Part shown: piece by piece, positions 1 through 10,130 of the stretch
How the letters are laid out: every line of letters starts with the position of its first letter
How positions within the stretch are numbered: the first letter of the stretch is position 1
Source of the DNA: a virus
Taxonomy: Duplodnaviria; Caudoviricetes
DNA length: 64,000 bases
Reading direction: 5' to 3' (one strand)
IMG/VR virus record: IMGVR_UViG_3300020238_000002
Coordinates: 6,898 to 70,897 of that record
Notes under the pieces: model-generated
Told to the model about the DNA's origin: nothing
Database searches by the model: none
The model's input: only the letters and a program-made list of their open reading frames with translations
Position numbers and translations under genes: made by a program

Positions 1-111
1 AAGCAAAAAGTACAACAATTAGAAGATGAAGTCATACCAGTAGGTATTATGCCTGAAAGAGAAGATGGTCATCATCCGTTTGGGGCAGGCTGGGAAACCT
101 ATAAACCTTAA
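1..111 (+). CDS. 3' end of upstream gene, probably terminase large subunit (partial)
   Basis: Frame 1 is open from base 1 (KQKVQQLEDEVIPVGIMPER...WETYKP*). It lies directly upstream of the tail sheath gene, as gp17 does in T4-like phages. Confidence 0.55.
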   Translation, partial: KQKVQQLEDEVIPVGIMPEREDGHHPFGAGWETYKP

Positions 112-115
112 TAAG

Positions 116-123
116 TATAAATA
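116..123 (+). promoter_or_regulatory. T4-type late promoter TATAAATA upstream of tail sheath
   Basis: Exact TATAAATA in the intergenic gap. gp55 and gp33 are encoded in the window. Confidence 0.8.
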
Positions 124-182
124 AGTATATTGAGAAATGCACGTATTATGATAAATCTTATAATTAACATGAAGGAGTTTAG

Positions 183-1856
183 ATGGCTAATCTAGTTTCG
201 CCTGGAGTACAGGTAAAAGAAATCGATTTGACCAATGTCGTTCCGTCAGTATCGTCTACTATAGGAGCCATGGCTGGAGCATTCCAGTGGGGCCCCGCTG
301 ATGAGATTACTACTGTTACATCGGAAACAGAATTGGTTGATAAGTTTGGCGAGCCAGATGCAAGCACGTTCGAAAGTGTTTTGTCTGCTAGTCAATTCTT
401 AAGCTATGGCAACAATCTAAAAGTTGTTAGAGCAGTTGGTTCTTCAGCACGTAACGCGACAGCGTCAGGTACTGGAATTCTAACACAAAACAAGACCGTA
501 TTTGACGGTCAATCACCAGCGGCGGCAGATTACGTACAAGCTCGTCACCCTGGTACTATAGGTAATGCGGTAGGAGTATCGATCATCACTGCTGGTCAAA
601 CAATGACAGCGTGGCAAGCAAGCCATGTTGAAAGTGCGCCAGGAACAACTGCGGGAGCAGCTGCAGTTGGTGGTTCAAATGATGAAATGCATTTATGGGT
701 TTATGACGTAGATGGTACAATAACAGGTACGGTAGGAACAGTACTTGAATATTGGACTTATTTGTCACAAGCCAGCGATGTTAAATCATCTGATGGTTCT
801 ACACTATACTATAAAGATGTTATCAATCAAGGATCCGATTGGATCTTCGTCGGTAATCACAAATCATCAATGAGTAAAGCAGGTCAATCAGCTACAAACA
901 ATGCGTTTGTTACTGTGGCTTCTTTTTTCGTTGCATTAACTGGTGGTATTGATGACAACACGCTAACTGTAGGTGAAACTACAGCAGCATACAATCTCTT
1001 CTCTGATGCAGAGACAGTAGATGTTAACTTAGTGTTCCAAGCAAACTCAGGTTTGAGTTCAGCTGATACAAGAACATTAAGTAATTATATAACTGCCTTA
1101 ACGGCAGCAAGAAAAGATGCGGTAGGCTTTGTCTCTCCTGAGAGAGCGGCTACAGTAAACGCAGCGGCACCGGCTACATCTGTAGCAGCATGGAGAACAG
1201 CTTTAACTTCAACGTCTTATGGCTTTGCAGATTCAAGTTCTCTATATGTGTATGACAAGTACAATGATGTATATCGTTGGATTTGTGCGGCAGGATCAAC
1301 AGCGGGACTAACAGCAAACGCTGATTTAGTTGCTGATGCATGGTTCTCACCGGCTGGATTTACAAGAGGTAATGTTCGTAACGTTACTAAACTAGCATGG
1401 AACCCTAATCAAGCGGAAAGAGATGCATTATACAAGACGGGTGTAAACCCAGTTGTTACTTTCCCAGGTCAAGGAACTGTTCTGTTTGGTGATAAAACAT
1501 TACTAGCTAAGCCAAGTGCATTCGATAGAATTAATGTTAGGAGACTATTCATTGTTCTTGAGGAGGCAGTAAGTACAGCATCGAAAGCATCATTATTCGA
1601 ATTTAATGATGAGTTTACGAGGGCACAATTTAGAAATATGGTTGAGCCTTTCTTAAGAGATGTTCAGGGTCGTAGAGGTATTACAGACTTTAAGGTTGTT
1701 TGTGATGGTACTAATAACACTGGTGCTATTATAGATTCTAATAAGTTTGTTGCTGACATTTTCATTAAACCTGCAAGATCTATTAACTACATTACACTTA
1801 ACTTCATTGCTACACGAACTGGGGTTGAGTTTAGTGAAATCGCGGGAGGTAATTAA
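183..1856 (+). CDS. gp18: Tail sheath protein (T4 gp18)
   Basis: N-terminal SPGVQVKEIDLT; WFSPAGFTRG; FDRINVRRLF; FIKPARSINYITLNF. Confidence 0.97.
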   Translation: MANLVSPGVQVKEIDLTNVVPSVSSTIGAMAGAFQWGPADEITTVTSETELVDKFGEPDASTFESVLSASQFLSYGNNLKVVRAVGSSARNATASGTGILTQNKTVFDGQSPAAADYVQARHPGTIGNAVGVSIITAGQTMTAWQASHVESAPGTTAGAAAVGGSNDEMHLWVYDVDGTITGTVGTVLEYWTYLSQASDVKSSDGSTLYYKDVINQGSDWIFVGNHKSSMSKAGQSATNNAFVTVASFFVALTGGIDDNTLTVGETTAAYNLFSDAETVDVNLVFQANSGLSSADTRTLSNYITALTAARKDAVGFVSPERAATVNAAAPATSVAAWRTALTSTSYGFADSSSLYVYDKYNDVYRWICAAGSTAGLTANADLVADAWFSPAGFTRGNVRNVTKLAWNPNQAERDALYKTGVNPVVTFPGQGTVLFGDKTLLAKPSAFDRINVRRLFIVLEEAVSTASKASLFEFNDEFTRAQFRNMVEPFLRDVQGRRGITDFKVVCDGTNNTGAIIDSNKFVADIFIKPARSINYITLNFIATRTGVEFSEIAGGN

Positions 1857-1858
1857 AG

Positions 1859-2386
1859 ATGGCAATATTAGGCGTAGATGATATGAAAGCCAAGCTAGTT
1901 GGTGGCGGTGCTAGACCTAATTTATTCAAAGTAACAATGGCTTTTCCAAGCTATGTAACTGCGAATGTTGAGTTGGCATCTTACATGTGTAAAGCGACTT
2001 CAATGCCGGCAAGCACAATTGCTCCAATTACGGTTCCTTTTAGGGGTCGTCAATTGCAGATAGCTGGTGATAGAACGTTTGATCCATGGTCAGTTACTAT
2101 TATTAATGATACGGACTTTAATGTACGTAATTCTTTTGAACAGTGGATGAATGGTATCAATCAACATAAACAGAATACAGGTTTAACACAACCTAGTTCT
2201 TATATGGCTGATATGATAGTTGAACAACTAGATAAAGATGGTACAGTAGAGAAAACTTATAACATTCGTGGTACTTTCCCTACTAACTTAGGTGCAATTG
2301 AACTAAGTTATGATAGTGAGAATGCTATTGAAGAGTTTGAAGTTGAACTTCAAGTACAATACTGGGAGTCTAATAAGACAACGTAA
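1859..2386 (+). CDS. gp19: Tail tube protein (T4 gp19)
   Basis: GGGARPNLF and AGDRTFDPWSVT motifs; follows the sheath gene. Confidence 0.96.
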   Translation: MAILGVDDMKAKLVGGGARPNLFKVTMAFPSYVTANVELASYMCKATSMPASTIAPITVPFRGRQLQIAGDRTFDPWSVTIINDTDFNVRNSFEQWMNGINQHKQNTGLTQPSSYMADMIVEQLDKDGTVEKTYNIRGTFPTNLGAIELSYDSENAIEEFEVELQVQYWESNKTT

Positions 2387-2406
2387 ATCATCGATATAAC
2401 ATTAAG

Positions 2407-2428
2407 GAGTGCCTTCGGGCACTCTTTT
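2407..2428 (+). terminator. Rho-independent terminator with UUCG tetraloop
   Basis: GAGTGCC-TTCG-GGCACTC followed by TTTT. Confidence 0.85.
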
Positions 2429-2436
2429 CTAAGTGT

Positions 2437-2444
2437 TATAAATA
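2437..2444 (+). promoter_or_regulatory. Late promoter TATAAATA upstream of portal
   Basis: Exact match in intergenic gap. Confidence 0.8.
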
Positions 2445-2480
2445 ATATTTAGAAAAGAGTGTTAAAGGAATAAAAATTTT

Positions 2481-3986
2481 ATGGCAGAAAGCAGATCACT
2501 ATTTGGTTTTGAATTTAAAAGAAAATCAATAGAAACAAATAAAAAGCCTGTATCGTTTACACCAGACAACGAGGATGGTGCATACGAGATATCACCAACC
2601 GGTGGATACTTTGGTCAATATATGGATCTCAATGGAGATCAGTATAAAAACGACAAAGAATTAATCATGAAATACCGTTCGGTAGCCACATATCCTGAAG
2701 TGGATATGGCTATTGAAGATATATGTAATGAAGCTATTACAGATGAAGGCGGTATTATTGCTAAATTAAATCTTGATAACTTAGACCAAGCAGATAAAGT
2801 TAAAGATCTTATACAAGATGAATTCCAAAGAATTCTTAATTTAACTAACTTCTCGAATACGGCATACGATACATTTAGACGTTGGTATATTGATGGACGT
2901 TTGTTCTATCATGTTATTATTAATCCGAATAAGACCGAAGCAGGTATAATTGAATTAAGGCAGATAGATCCTACAAAGATTCGTAAGGTCAAAGAAACTG
3001 AGAAGGTTAAAGATCCAAAGACTGGTGCTGATCTTGTAAGAGATGTACAAGAATATTATTTGTATCAAGATGATCAGATGACACAGTCTGGTGAGGGATT
3101 ACGTATTAATCCTGATTCTATTATTCAGGTTAACTCAGGTCTATTAAACGAAGAACGCAATAAGGTTATTGGCTACTTAAATAAAGCCCTTAAACCTATT
3201 AACCAATTAAGTATGATGGAAGACTCGCTTGTCATCTATCGTATATCGAGAGCACCTGAAAGACGTATATTTTATATAGACGTTGGTAATCTACCTAAAG
3301 GTAAAGCAGAAGAATATTTGAATAATACGATGAATAGATATCGTAACAAGATCGTATATGATCCTTCTACAGGTAATATTAAAGATGAGAAAGTTCATCG
3401 TAATATTATGGAAGACTTCTGGTTACCACGTAGAGAGGGTGGTCGTGGTACTGAAATCGATACTCTTCCAGGTGGTTCAAATCTAGGTGAGATTGAAGAT
3501 ATTCAATACTTCCAAAACAAATTATATAGGTCTTTAAATATACCTATGTCAAGATTGACTGAAGCAGATGCATTTTCTATCGGTCGATCTTCAGAAATTA
3601 CGCGTGACGAACTTAAATTCCAGAAATTTATTGATCGTATTCGTAATAAATTCTCAACACTATTCTATGAAGCACTGAAAAGGCAATTAATCCTTAAAAA
3701 GATTATTGTGCCAAGTGACTGGGTAAATATCCGTGAACATATAGTAGTTGAGTTTTCCAGAGATAACTATTATGCTGAACTTAAGGATGCTGAAATCCTT
3801 AAAGAACGTATAGAAACTCTACAAATGATGGATGAATATATTGGTACGTTCTGGTCTAAAGACTGGGTACGTAGAAATATTCTTAAATTGGATGATGAGG
3901 CTATTAAACAAATCGCTAAGGATAACAAAGAAGATCCTATAGAACCGGGTGATATTAACCCTGATTTGAGTAATGCTGCTATATAA
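2481..3986 (+). CDS. gp20: Portal vertex protein (T4 gp20)
   Basis: YRISRAPERRIFYIDVGNLPK; EDFWLPRREGGRGTEIDTLPG. Confidence 0.98.
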   Translation: MAESRSLFGFEFKRKSIETNKKPVSFTPDNEDGAYEISPTGGYFGQYMDLNGDQYKNDKELIMKYRSVATYPEVDMAIEDICNEAITDEGGIIAKLNLDNLDQADKVKDLIQDEFQRILNLTNFSNTAYDTFRRWYIDGRLFYHVIINPNKTEAGIIELRQIDPTKIRKVKETEKVKDPKTGADLVRDVQEYYLYQDDQMTQSGEGLRINPDSIIQVNSGLLNEERNKVIGYLNKALKPINQLSMMEDSLVIYRISRAPERRIFYIDVGNLPKGKAEEYLNNTMNRYRNKIVYDPSTGNIKDEKVHRNIMEDFWLPRREGGRGTEIDTLPGGSNLGEIEDIQYFQNKLYRSLNIPMSRLTEADAFSIGRSSEITRDELKFQKFIDRIRNKFSTLFYEALKRQLILKKIIVPSDWVNIREHIVVEFSRDNYYAELKDAEILKERIETLQMMDEYIGTFWSKDWVRRNILKLDDEAIKQIAKDNKEDPIEPGDINPDLSNAAI

Positions 3987-4026
3987 ACATATTGTATACA
4001 AAAAGTTTACTGGAAATAAACATTTT

Positions 4027-4034
4027 TATAAATA
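4027..4034 (+). promoter_or_regulatory. Late promoter TATAAATA upstream of prohead core genes
   Basis: Exact match in intergenic gap. Confidence 0.8.
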
Positions 4035-4049
4035 CTTAACAGAGAGATT

Positions 4050-4280
4050 ATGAGCACAAGAGACTTAATTGATAATATAAAATCGGGTGATGCGCAAGCA
4101 AGCAACAATACTTTTAATAGTATTATGCATGATAAATTGATTGACGCATTAGATAATCATAAACAAGAAGTTGCTTCTAAAATGTATGGAGCATCTGATG
4201 ACGCTCCTGCAGTTGAAGAACCTGCTGCGGAGACTGAAGTCGAAGTAACAGGAGAAGTTGAAGCGGATGCTGACGTTTAA
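4050..4280 (+). CDS. Prohead core protein (gp67-like)
   Basis: Small acidic protein between portal and protease; synteny. Confidence 0.7.
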   Translation: MSTRDLIDNIKSGDAQASNNTFNSIMHDKLIDALDNHKQEVASKMYGASDDAPAVEEPAAETEVEVTGEVEADADV

Positions 4281-4515
4281 GGAATCATTTAATGAGGTAT
4301 TAGAAGCTAAATTAAAGCTCGGTGGTGGAGAAAAAGTAGTCAAGCAAATGAAAAAGCTTGGCAAAAAGAAAAACGTAGACGCGGTTATAACACAACAGAA
4401 AGCGGGAAGTAAGAAGTTTAATCTGTATATAGACGGTCTCAAGCTTGATTCATATAAAGATCAAGCATCTGCTGAGAAAGCAGTAACAGAATTCATCAAA
4501 TTAATGGGAGCATAA
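4267..4515 (+). CDS. Prohead core protein (gp68-like position)
   Basis: Synteny; N-terminus MLTFKESFNE resembles a capsid-targeting sequence; ATG at 4267. Confidence 0.55.
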   Translation: MLTFKESFNEVLEAKLKLGGGEKVVKQMKKLGKKKNVDAVITQQKAGSKKFNLYIDGLKLDSYKDQASAEKAVTEFIKLMGA

Positions 4516-5166
4516 ATGAAGTTAATCACAGAATATACTCAGAATCAGTTAGGTTATTCTATCCAAGAGGATAAGAAAACTGGCAAGAAGAATGTCGTAC
4601 TTGAAGGCGTCTTCATGCAAGCTGAGAATAAGAACAAGAATGGTAGAATTTATACTAGAGAAGTTCTTACAAAGGCCGTTGACAAATTCGTTAACGAGCA
4701 AGTAATTACAGGACGTGCAGTTGGTGAGCTAAATCACCCTGATGGTCCTTCCATTAATTTGGATAAAGTTTCTCACAGAATTACCGAACTTAATTGGGAT
4801 GGTAATAATGTGATGGGAAAAGCACTTATTTTAGATACCCCTATGGGACAGATTGTAAAAGGTCTTGTCGAAGGTGGTGTTCAATTAGGAGTGTCAAGTC
4901 GTGGTATGGGAAGCCTTGAAATGAAGAATGGTGCCAACTATGTAGCAGATGATTTTATGCTAAACACAGTTGATATCGTTCAAGATCCATCTGCCCCTAA
5001 TGCTTATGTAAATGGCATTATGGAAGGTGTTTCTTTTGAGCAGGATAGACCTGGTCATTTCGTTAAGGTAATTGAAGAAGGTGAGACAGAAGTGAAAGAA
5101 TCTAAAGAGACGTTCTCGGAAGAGCAACAGATCGCAGGTTTTGAGCATTTCCTCTCTAAACTATAA
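4516..5166 (+). CDS. gp21: Prohead core scaffold protease (T4 gp21)
   Basis: GELNHP, GVSSRGMGS, DIVQDPSAPNA. Confidence 0.96.
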   Translation: MKLITEYTQNQLGYSIQEDKKTGKKNVVLEGVFMQAENKNKNGRIYTREVLTKAVDKFVNEQVITGRAVGELNHPDGPSINLDKVSHRITELNWDGNNVMGKALILDTPMGQIVKGLVEGGVQLGVSSRGMGSLEMKNGANYVADDFMLNTVDIVQDPSAPNAYVNGIMEGVSFEQDRPGHFVKVIEEGETEVKESKETFSEEQQIAGFEHFLSKL

Positions 5167-5186
5167 TCTCTATAGGAGAAAACATA

Positions 5187-6284
5187 ATGTCTGAAGTTCA
5201 AAAAGACGAAATTGTTGAAGATGTAGCAGAGGTTATCGTAGAGGATACGCAAGTAGAAGCTGAAGAAGTCATTGAGACTCCTGAAGCACCTCTTACGGAA
5301 GCTCGTACAGTATCAGCAATACAAGCCTCTATGACAGGAATGTCTAAAGAGGGCCTTGACGCCATCTTTGAAGCAGCGAAGAAAGCCGAAGCAAAAGCTA
5401 AGGTCGAAGACGATGAAGAAGAAGAGGACGACATGGGTGATGAGGATGAAGGCGATGTAGAAGAAGGAAAGTCTAAGAAAGAAGCCAACGAGCCTAAAGC
5501 TAAGAAGACTAGTAAGAAGAAAGTCAAAGCTGATGACGGTTCTGAAGGCGACGTAATGGAAAAGAAATTTAAAGAAGATGTTGATGCGTTAATTAAAGAC
5601 GAAGATACATTATCTGAAGGTTTCAAAGCCAAAGCTGAGACTATTTTTGAAGCTGCACTGCAATCAAAAATCATTTCTGAAACTGCAAAATTAGAAGAGA
5701 GATATGCTTCTGATCTAGCAGGTGAAGTTGAAGCTATTAAAGAAGATTTAGTTGATAAGGTTGACGGCTACTTAACATATGTAGTTGAAAACTGGATGAA
5801 AGATAACGAAGTTGCAATTGAGCATTCTTTGAAGTCTGAAATCACTGAGTCATTCATTGATTCACTAGGCCAGTTATTTGCTGAGCATCACATCAACGTT
5901 CCTGAAGATAAAGGTGACATCTTAGATGCACTATCTGAAGAAGCTAAAGATGCTAAAGCTCAATTAAATGACGCAACTGCCCAAGCTATGGAACTTGCTG
6001 AGCAAGTTAAAACTTACCAACGTAAGGAAATCGTAGCTGAAGCATGTGAAGGTTTAGCGGCAACTGAAGCGGCAAAAGTAAAAGAATTAGCAGAGGCTGT
6101 TGAAGCTGATGATAACGAATCTTTTGCATCTAAAGTAGCGACAATTAAGGAATCTTACCTTAATAAAGATACCGCGGTAGAAGCAACTCCAGAAGTGGAC
6201 GCTATTACTGAGGATACACAAGAACAAGATGTTTCTGATACTATGAAGAGATATCTAAGCGCAATCGAGCGCACTACTAAATAA
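5187..6284 (+). CDS. gp22: Prohead core scaffolding protein (T4 gp22)
   Basis: Acidic coiled coil; LSEGFKAKAETIFEAA; VDGYLTYVVENW. Confidence 0.92.
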   Translation: MSEVQKDEIVEDVAEVIVEDTQVEAEEVIETPEAPLTEARTVSAIQASMTGMSKEGLDAIFEAAKKAEAKAKVEDDEEEEDDMGDEDEGDVEEGKSKKEANEPKAKKTSKKKVKADDGSEGDVMEKKFKEDVDALIKDEDTLSEGFKAKAETIFEAALQSKIISETAKLEERYASDLAGEVEAIKEDLVDKVDGYLTYVVENWMKDNEVAIEHSLKSEITESFIDSLGQLFAEHHINVPEDKGDILDALSEEAKDAKAQLNDATAQAMELAEQVKTYQRKEIVAEACEGLAATEAAKVKELAEAVEADDNESFASKVATIKESYLNKDTAVEATPEVDAITEDTQEQDVSDTMKRYLSAIERTTK

Positions 6285-6302
6285 TCCATAGGAGAATTTT
6301 AA

Positions 6303-7610
6303 ATGGAAATTAATAGACAACAATTACAGGAAAAATGGGCTCCTGTACTTGATTCTGAAGGTGTTGGCAGCATCAAAGACGCTCACAAGCGTCAAGTAAC
6401 TGCTGTTGTCCTTGAGAACCAAGAAAAAGCGTTTCAAGAAGAAGCTGCACAATTGCATGAAGCTGCTGCTGCTAACGCTACTAGTAATGTTAACAACTGG
6501 GATCCAGTTCTAATCTCTTTGGTTAGACGTGCGACTCCTGCAATGTTAGCATTTGACCTAGTTGGTGTTCAACCAATGACTGGACCTACTGGCCTTATCT
6601 TTGCTATGAAAGCAAAGTATACTTCTGCTGGTAGAACTGGTACTCACGCCGCTGGTGCTGAGGCATTGTTTGACGAAGCTAACACTGAATACTCAGGTGC
6701 ACTATCTGGAGACACTGGTTCTGAAGGTTCAAACGATCCGTTTGCTGCTGAAGATACTTCTAGTGACGACTCAGATACTGTTCATGAGTATCAACCAGGT
6801 TCTGGTAACGCTACGGCTACTGCTGAAGCTCAAGGTACATCAGGTTCGCCTGCTATCCCTGAGATGCAATTCTCAATTGATAAGACTACTGTGACTGCAA
6901 AGTCTCGTGCTCTTAAAGCTGAGTACACAACTGAATTAGCACAAGACCTTAAAGCTATTCATGGTCTTTCTGCTGAGACAGAGCTTGCGAACATCCTTTC
7001 AACTGAAATTTTGGCTGAAATGAATCGTGAGATTATCCGTTTAGTTAACGTTAACTCTGTTACGTCAACTCGCGGTGCTTCTGCTGGTACTTTTAATGCA
7101 ACTAACGCTACTGATAACGGTGGTGCTCGTTGGTCAATTGAGCGTTACAAAGCTCTAGTTCAAGCAATTGAGCATGAAGCTAACGCGATTGCTGTTTCTA
7201 CTCGTCGTGGAAAGGGTAACTGGGTAATGGTATCTAACAACGTTGCTGCGGCTCTAAATGCTGCTGGCGTTATGGATACTGGCATGGGTGCATTAGGTGC
7301 ACAGCAAATGGATTCAGATGTAACTGGATCACTACTTGCTGGTACTTTAAATGGTAACATTAAAGTTTATGTTGACCCATATGCAGGTGTAGACTACTTC
7401 ACAGTTGGTTATAAGGGTACTAACCCATATGACGCTGGTATGTTCTACTGCCCATACGTTCCATTAAGCATGATGAAGACAATTGGTGAGAATGATTTCC
7501 AACCAAGAATCGGATTCAAGACTCGTTACGGTATTGCGGACAATCCGTTCGTTACTGCGGGTAATGGAAACAACGTATACTACAGAAAGCGTAAGGTTAC
7601 TAACCTGTAA
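6303..7610 (+). CDS. gp23: Major capsid protein (T4 gp23)
   Basis: GVQPMTGPTGLIFAM; KSRALKAEYTTELAQDLKAIHG; FQPRIGFKTRYG. Confidence 0.99.
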   Translation: MEINRQQLQEKWAPVLDSEGVGSIKDAHKRQVTAVVLENQEKAFQEEAAQLHEAAAANATSNVNNWDPVLISLVRRATPAMLAFDLVGVQPMTGPTGLIFAMKAKYTSAGRTGTHAAGAEALFDEANTEYSGALSGDTGSEGSNDPFAAEDTSSDDSDTVHEYQPGSGNATATAEAQGTSGSPAIPEMQFSIDKTTVTAKSRALKAEYTTELAQDLKAIHGLSAETELANILSTEILAEMNREIIRLVNVNSVTSTRGASAGTFNATNATDNGGARWSIERYKALVQAIEHEANAIAVSTRRGKGNWVMVSNNVAAALNAAGVMDTGMGALGAQQMDSDVTGSLLAGTLNGNIKVYVDPYAGVDYFTVGYKGTNPYDAGMFYCPYVPLSMMKTIGENDFQPRIGFKTRYGIADNPFVTAGNGNNVYYRKRKVTNL

Positions 7611-7630
7611 TTTTCTAAATATACACAAAG

Positions 7631-7655
7631 AAGCCCACTTCGGTGGGCTTTTTTT
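7631..7655 (+). terminator. Rho-independent terminator after gp23
   Basis: AAGCCCAC-TTCG-GTGGGCTT followed by a T run. Confidence 0.9.
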
Positions 7656-7656
7656 A

Positions 7657-7664
7657 TATAAATA
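7657..7664 (+). promoter_or_regulatory. Late promoter TATAAATA
   Basis: Exact match just upstream of the gp3-like gene. Confidence 0.75.
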
Positions 7665-7669
7665 ACATT

Positions 7670-8134
7670 ATGCCAAACTTTTTAAATCCATCGTCGTTTG
7701 TTCTAACCCTAGATAGCCAGTCTTATTCTGGAGCAGAATTTACGATTCAAACAATGATCCTTCCAGATGTATCAGTTGAAGGTGCACCAGTAAATTTTAA
7801 ACAAATAAATGTAGGTAGGGCTGGTGATAAAATCAATTTTGGTTCATTTGAAATATCATATCTTATTGATGAAGATCTTTTAAACTATAAAGAGATCTTT
7901 GATTGGATGAAATCAAATGTAGAAACAAAACATTCCACAACCACAAGTTCAGATCATTATCGTGATATGACACTTACTGTAATGAATTCAGCAAATAATG
8001 TCACAAAACAAATCAAATTTGTAGATGCTTACCCGACAAGTCTTTCATCTCTTCCATTTGATATCACAACAACTGATGTAGAATATCTTACTGCAGTTGC
8101 TACCTTTCAATATTCCTATTACGAATTTGTATAA
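7670..8134 (+). CDS. gp3: Tail completion / sheath stabiliser (T4 gp3-like)
   Basis: NFLNPSSF, IDEDLLNYKEIFDW, FVDAYPTSLS; ATG at 7670. Confidence 0.85.
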   Translation: MPNFLNPSSFVLTLDSQSYSGAEFTIQTMILPDVSVEGAPVNFKQINVGRAGDKINFGSFEISYLIDEDLLNYKEIFDWMKSNVETKHSTTTSSDHYRDMTLTVMNSANNVTKQIKFVDAYPTSLSSLPFDITTTDVEYLTAVATFQYSYYEFV

Positions 8135-8137
8135 ATA
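8130..8137 (+). promoter_or_regulatory. Late promoter TATAAATA upstream of glutamine synthetase
   Basis: Exact match overlapping the gp3 stop codon. Confidence 0.6.
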
Positions 8138-8199
8138 AATAGGGCAACGAAGCTCCCACATGACAACGAAGTCCTTTTTAACAGAGAAAAGGAATATAT

Positions 8200-9162
8200 A
8201 TGAGAACACTACTAGAATACGTATGGCTAGATGCCGATGAGCAATTACGTAGTAAAATAAAAATTGCTGAAGGAGATCTATGTAAATTAGATCGTATACC
8301 AAAATGGTCGTATGATGGTTCATCTACCGGCCAAGCCCCTGGCGATCATTCGGATTGCATACTTACCCCCGTTAAAATCTATCCTAACCCATTCCATTTT
8401 AATGGATGGCTTGTTATGTGTGATACGGAAAAAAGATCTGCAATAGAGTTTGAAGATTCAAAAGATTATTGGTTTGGATTTGAGCAAGAATATTTTATTA
8501 TGAATGGTCATGGTAGACCACTCGGATGGGCAGAAGGAGAACCTGGACCACAGGGACCTTATTATTGTGGTGTAGGTGCAAGTAAAGTTGCTGGTCGAAA
8601 GATTGTTGAAGAGCATATGCTTAAATGTATTAATGCAGATATTAATATTACTGGAACAAATGCTGAGGTTGCATTAGGACAATGGGAATATCAAGTGTTT
8701 AGTAAAGGTGCTAAGAATGCTGGAGATGACCTTTGGATGAGCAGATATATATTAGAGAGAGTTGCAGAAGAACATGGTTATGATATTAATATCCAACCTA
8801 AACCACGTAAAGGTGATTGGAATGGATCAGGTATGCATACAAACTTTTCTACAGCTGAAATGAGAAATGATTCTAATGTTGAATTATTTGTAGATATATG
8901 TGAAAAACTTTCTGATAACCATGATAAGCATATTGCTGTATATGGAAAAGATAATGACCAAAGATTGACTGGATTACATGAGACACAGGATATACATACA
9001 TTTTCTTATGGTGAAGGAGATAGAGGCGCAAGTATAAGAATCCCTGTTGAAACTGTAAACAACAATTATAAATCAGGTTATTTAGAAGATAGAAGACCGG
9101 CATCAAACGCTAACCCGTATGATATTACAAATGTATTAATTAAAACAATATATGGAAACTAA
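8200..9162 (+). CDS. glnII: Glutamine synthetase type II (auxiliary metabolic gene)
   Basis: EYVWLD, WSYDGSSTGQA, FGFEQEY, PQGPYYCGVG, GDWNGSGMHTNFS, RLTGLHET, GYLEDRRPASN. Confidence 0.93.
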   Translation: MRTLLEYVWLDADEQLRSKIKIAEGDLCKLDRIPKWSYDGSSTGQAPGDHSDCILTPVKIYPNPFHFNGWLVMCDTEKRSAIEFEDSKDYWFGFEQEYFIMNGHGRPLGWAEGEPGPQGPYYCGVGASKVAGRKIVEEHMLKCINADINITGTNAEVALGQWEYQVFSKGAKNAGDDLWMSRYILERVAEEHGYDINIQPKPRKGDWNGSGMHTNFSTAEMRNDSNVELFVDICEKLSDNHDKHIAVYGKDNDQRLTGLHETQDIHTFSYGEGDRGASIRIPVETVNNNYKSGYLEDRRPASNANPYDITNVLIKTIYGN

Positions 9163-9238
9163 ACTAGTACTTTGGACAACCGCATGTATGGTATTCATGC
9201 TAAGCTTTATGTATGCAATGATGAGTTTAATTGCAAGT

Positions 9239-9268
9239 TATGTACATTAGGTAAAAATATGATATAAT
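9239..9268 (+). promoter_or_regulatory. Phage early/middle-type promoter TATGTAC-N17-TATAAT upstream of uvsY
   Basis: One of 15 copies of the motif, all in or at intergenic gaps. Confidence 0.8.
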
Positions 9269-9297
9269 ATAACCATTATAAGTATAACTAGATTATT

Positions 9298-9744
9298 ATG
9301 AATATTGAACAGATTTTAGAAATGTGGAAGGAAGATTCCATAATAGATGATTTGAAATTGGATGATACCACGATTAAGATGGCACGCATACATAGTAAGT
9401 ATTTAGAATTACTTACCATTGCAAAGATGCGTAGAAAGAAAAAAGATCTTGATTATAAAACATTACTTAAAGATAAATGGTTATACTATAACGGTAAATT
9501 ATCTAAAGATCAGATTGATGCATTTAACTGGGAATATGACCCTTTCGGTGGTCTTAATAAGCCACTGAAGGGTGATATGAATTATTATTATGATGCAGAT
9601 ACTGATATACAAAAATCTCAAGCAGCACTTGAATACGATAAAGTTCTTATTGAAACTTTAGAAGAGATAATGTCTACCATACGTTGGAGACATCAGAACA
9701 TTGGTAACATTATTAAATGGAGAAGTTTTGAAGCAGGAGTTTAG
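9298..9744 (+). CDS. uvsY: Recombination mediator UvsY
   Basis: WKEDSIIDD, HSKYL, KWLYYNGK, YYDADTDI, IIKWRSFEAG. Confidence 0.93.
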   Translation: MNIEQILEMWKEDSIIDDLKLDDTTIKMARIHSKYLELLTIAKMRRKKKDLDYKTLLKDKWLYYNGKLSKDQIDAFNWEYDPFGGLNKPLKGDMNYYYDADTDIQKSQAALEYDKVLIETLEEIMSTIRWRHQNIGNIIKWRSFEAGV

Positions 9745-9946
9745 CCGCAAGACGCTTGAGCTATTGCTCATGCATTATAATAACATAAATGATCAGCTAA
9801 GAACACCTTGTGCTGAGAAATCTAAGTTTGAAAAGTTAATTAAAGAGACTGAAGAGAAATTAAAGTCTACACCAATTACACCAATCTATAAAGATGGAAT
9901 GACTGCAATGGAGTTTGCATTATACTTAGCACATGGAAGAAAATGA
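9701..9946 (+). CDS. Hypothetical protein (true start probably downstream)
   Basis: ORF overlapping the uvsY end. Confidence 0.5.
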   Translation: MVTLLNGEVLKQEFSRKTLELLLMHYNNINDQLRTPCAEKSKFEKLIKETEEKLKSTPITPIYKDGMTAMEFALYLAHGRK

Positions 9947-10061
9947 ACTGTCCACTATGTCAAGAACCAATAGGTGATGTTATAGAACATGTAAAGAAGT
10001 GTTCTGTAGATCATCAACGTTTGATGAATATAGGATTAATGAGTTTAGAAGAGTATAATAT

Positions 10062-10069
10062 TATAAATA
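10062..10069 (+). promoter_or_regulatory. Late promoter TATAAATA followed by hairpin GGGATG-CGACAA-CATCCC
   Basis: Exact match upstream of the NUMOD-like ORF and uvsW. Confidence 0.65.
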
Positions 10070-10130
10070 ACATTAAGAGGGATGCGACAACATCCCCCTC
10101 AACTAAACAATAATGTACTGGAGGTACACC

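Noticed and set aside
5380-5560. GAA/GAT-rich low-complexity stretch as a tandem repeat element
   Set aside because: It is explained by the acidic and lysine-rich linker of scaffold protein gp22.
8138-8199. Glutamine (glnA) riboswitch upstream of glutamine synthetase
   Set aside because: I could not find the conserved glnA-motif segments or a convincing three-way junction, only a short CAACGAAG duplication.
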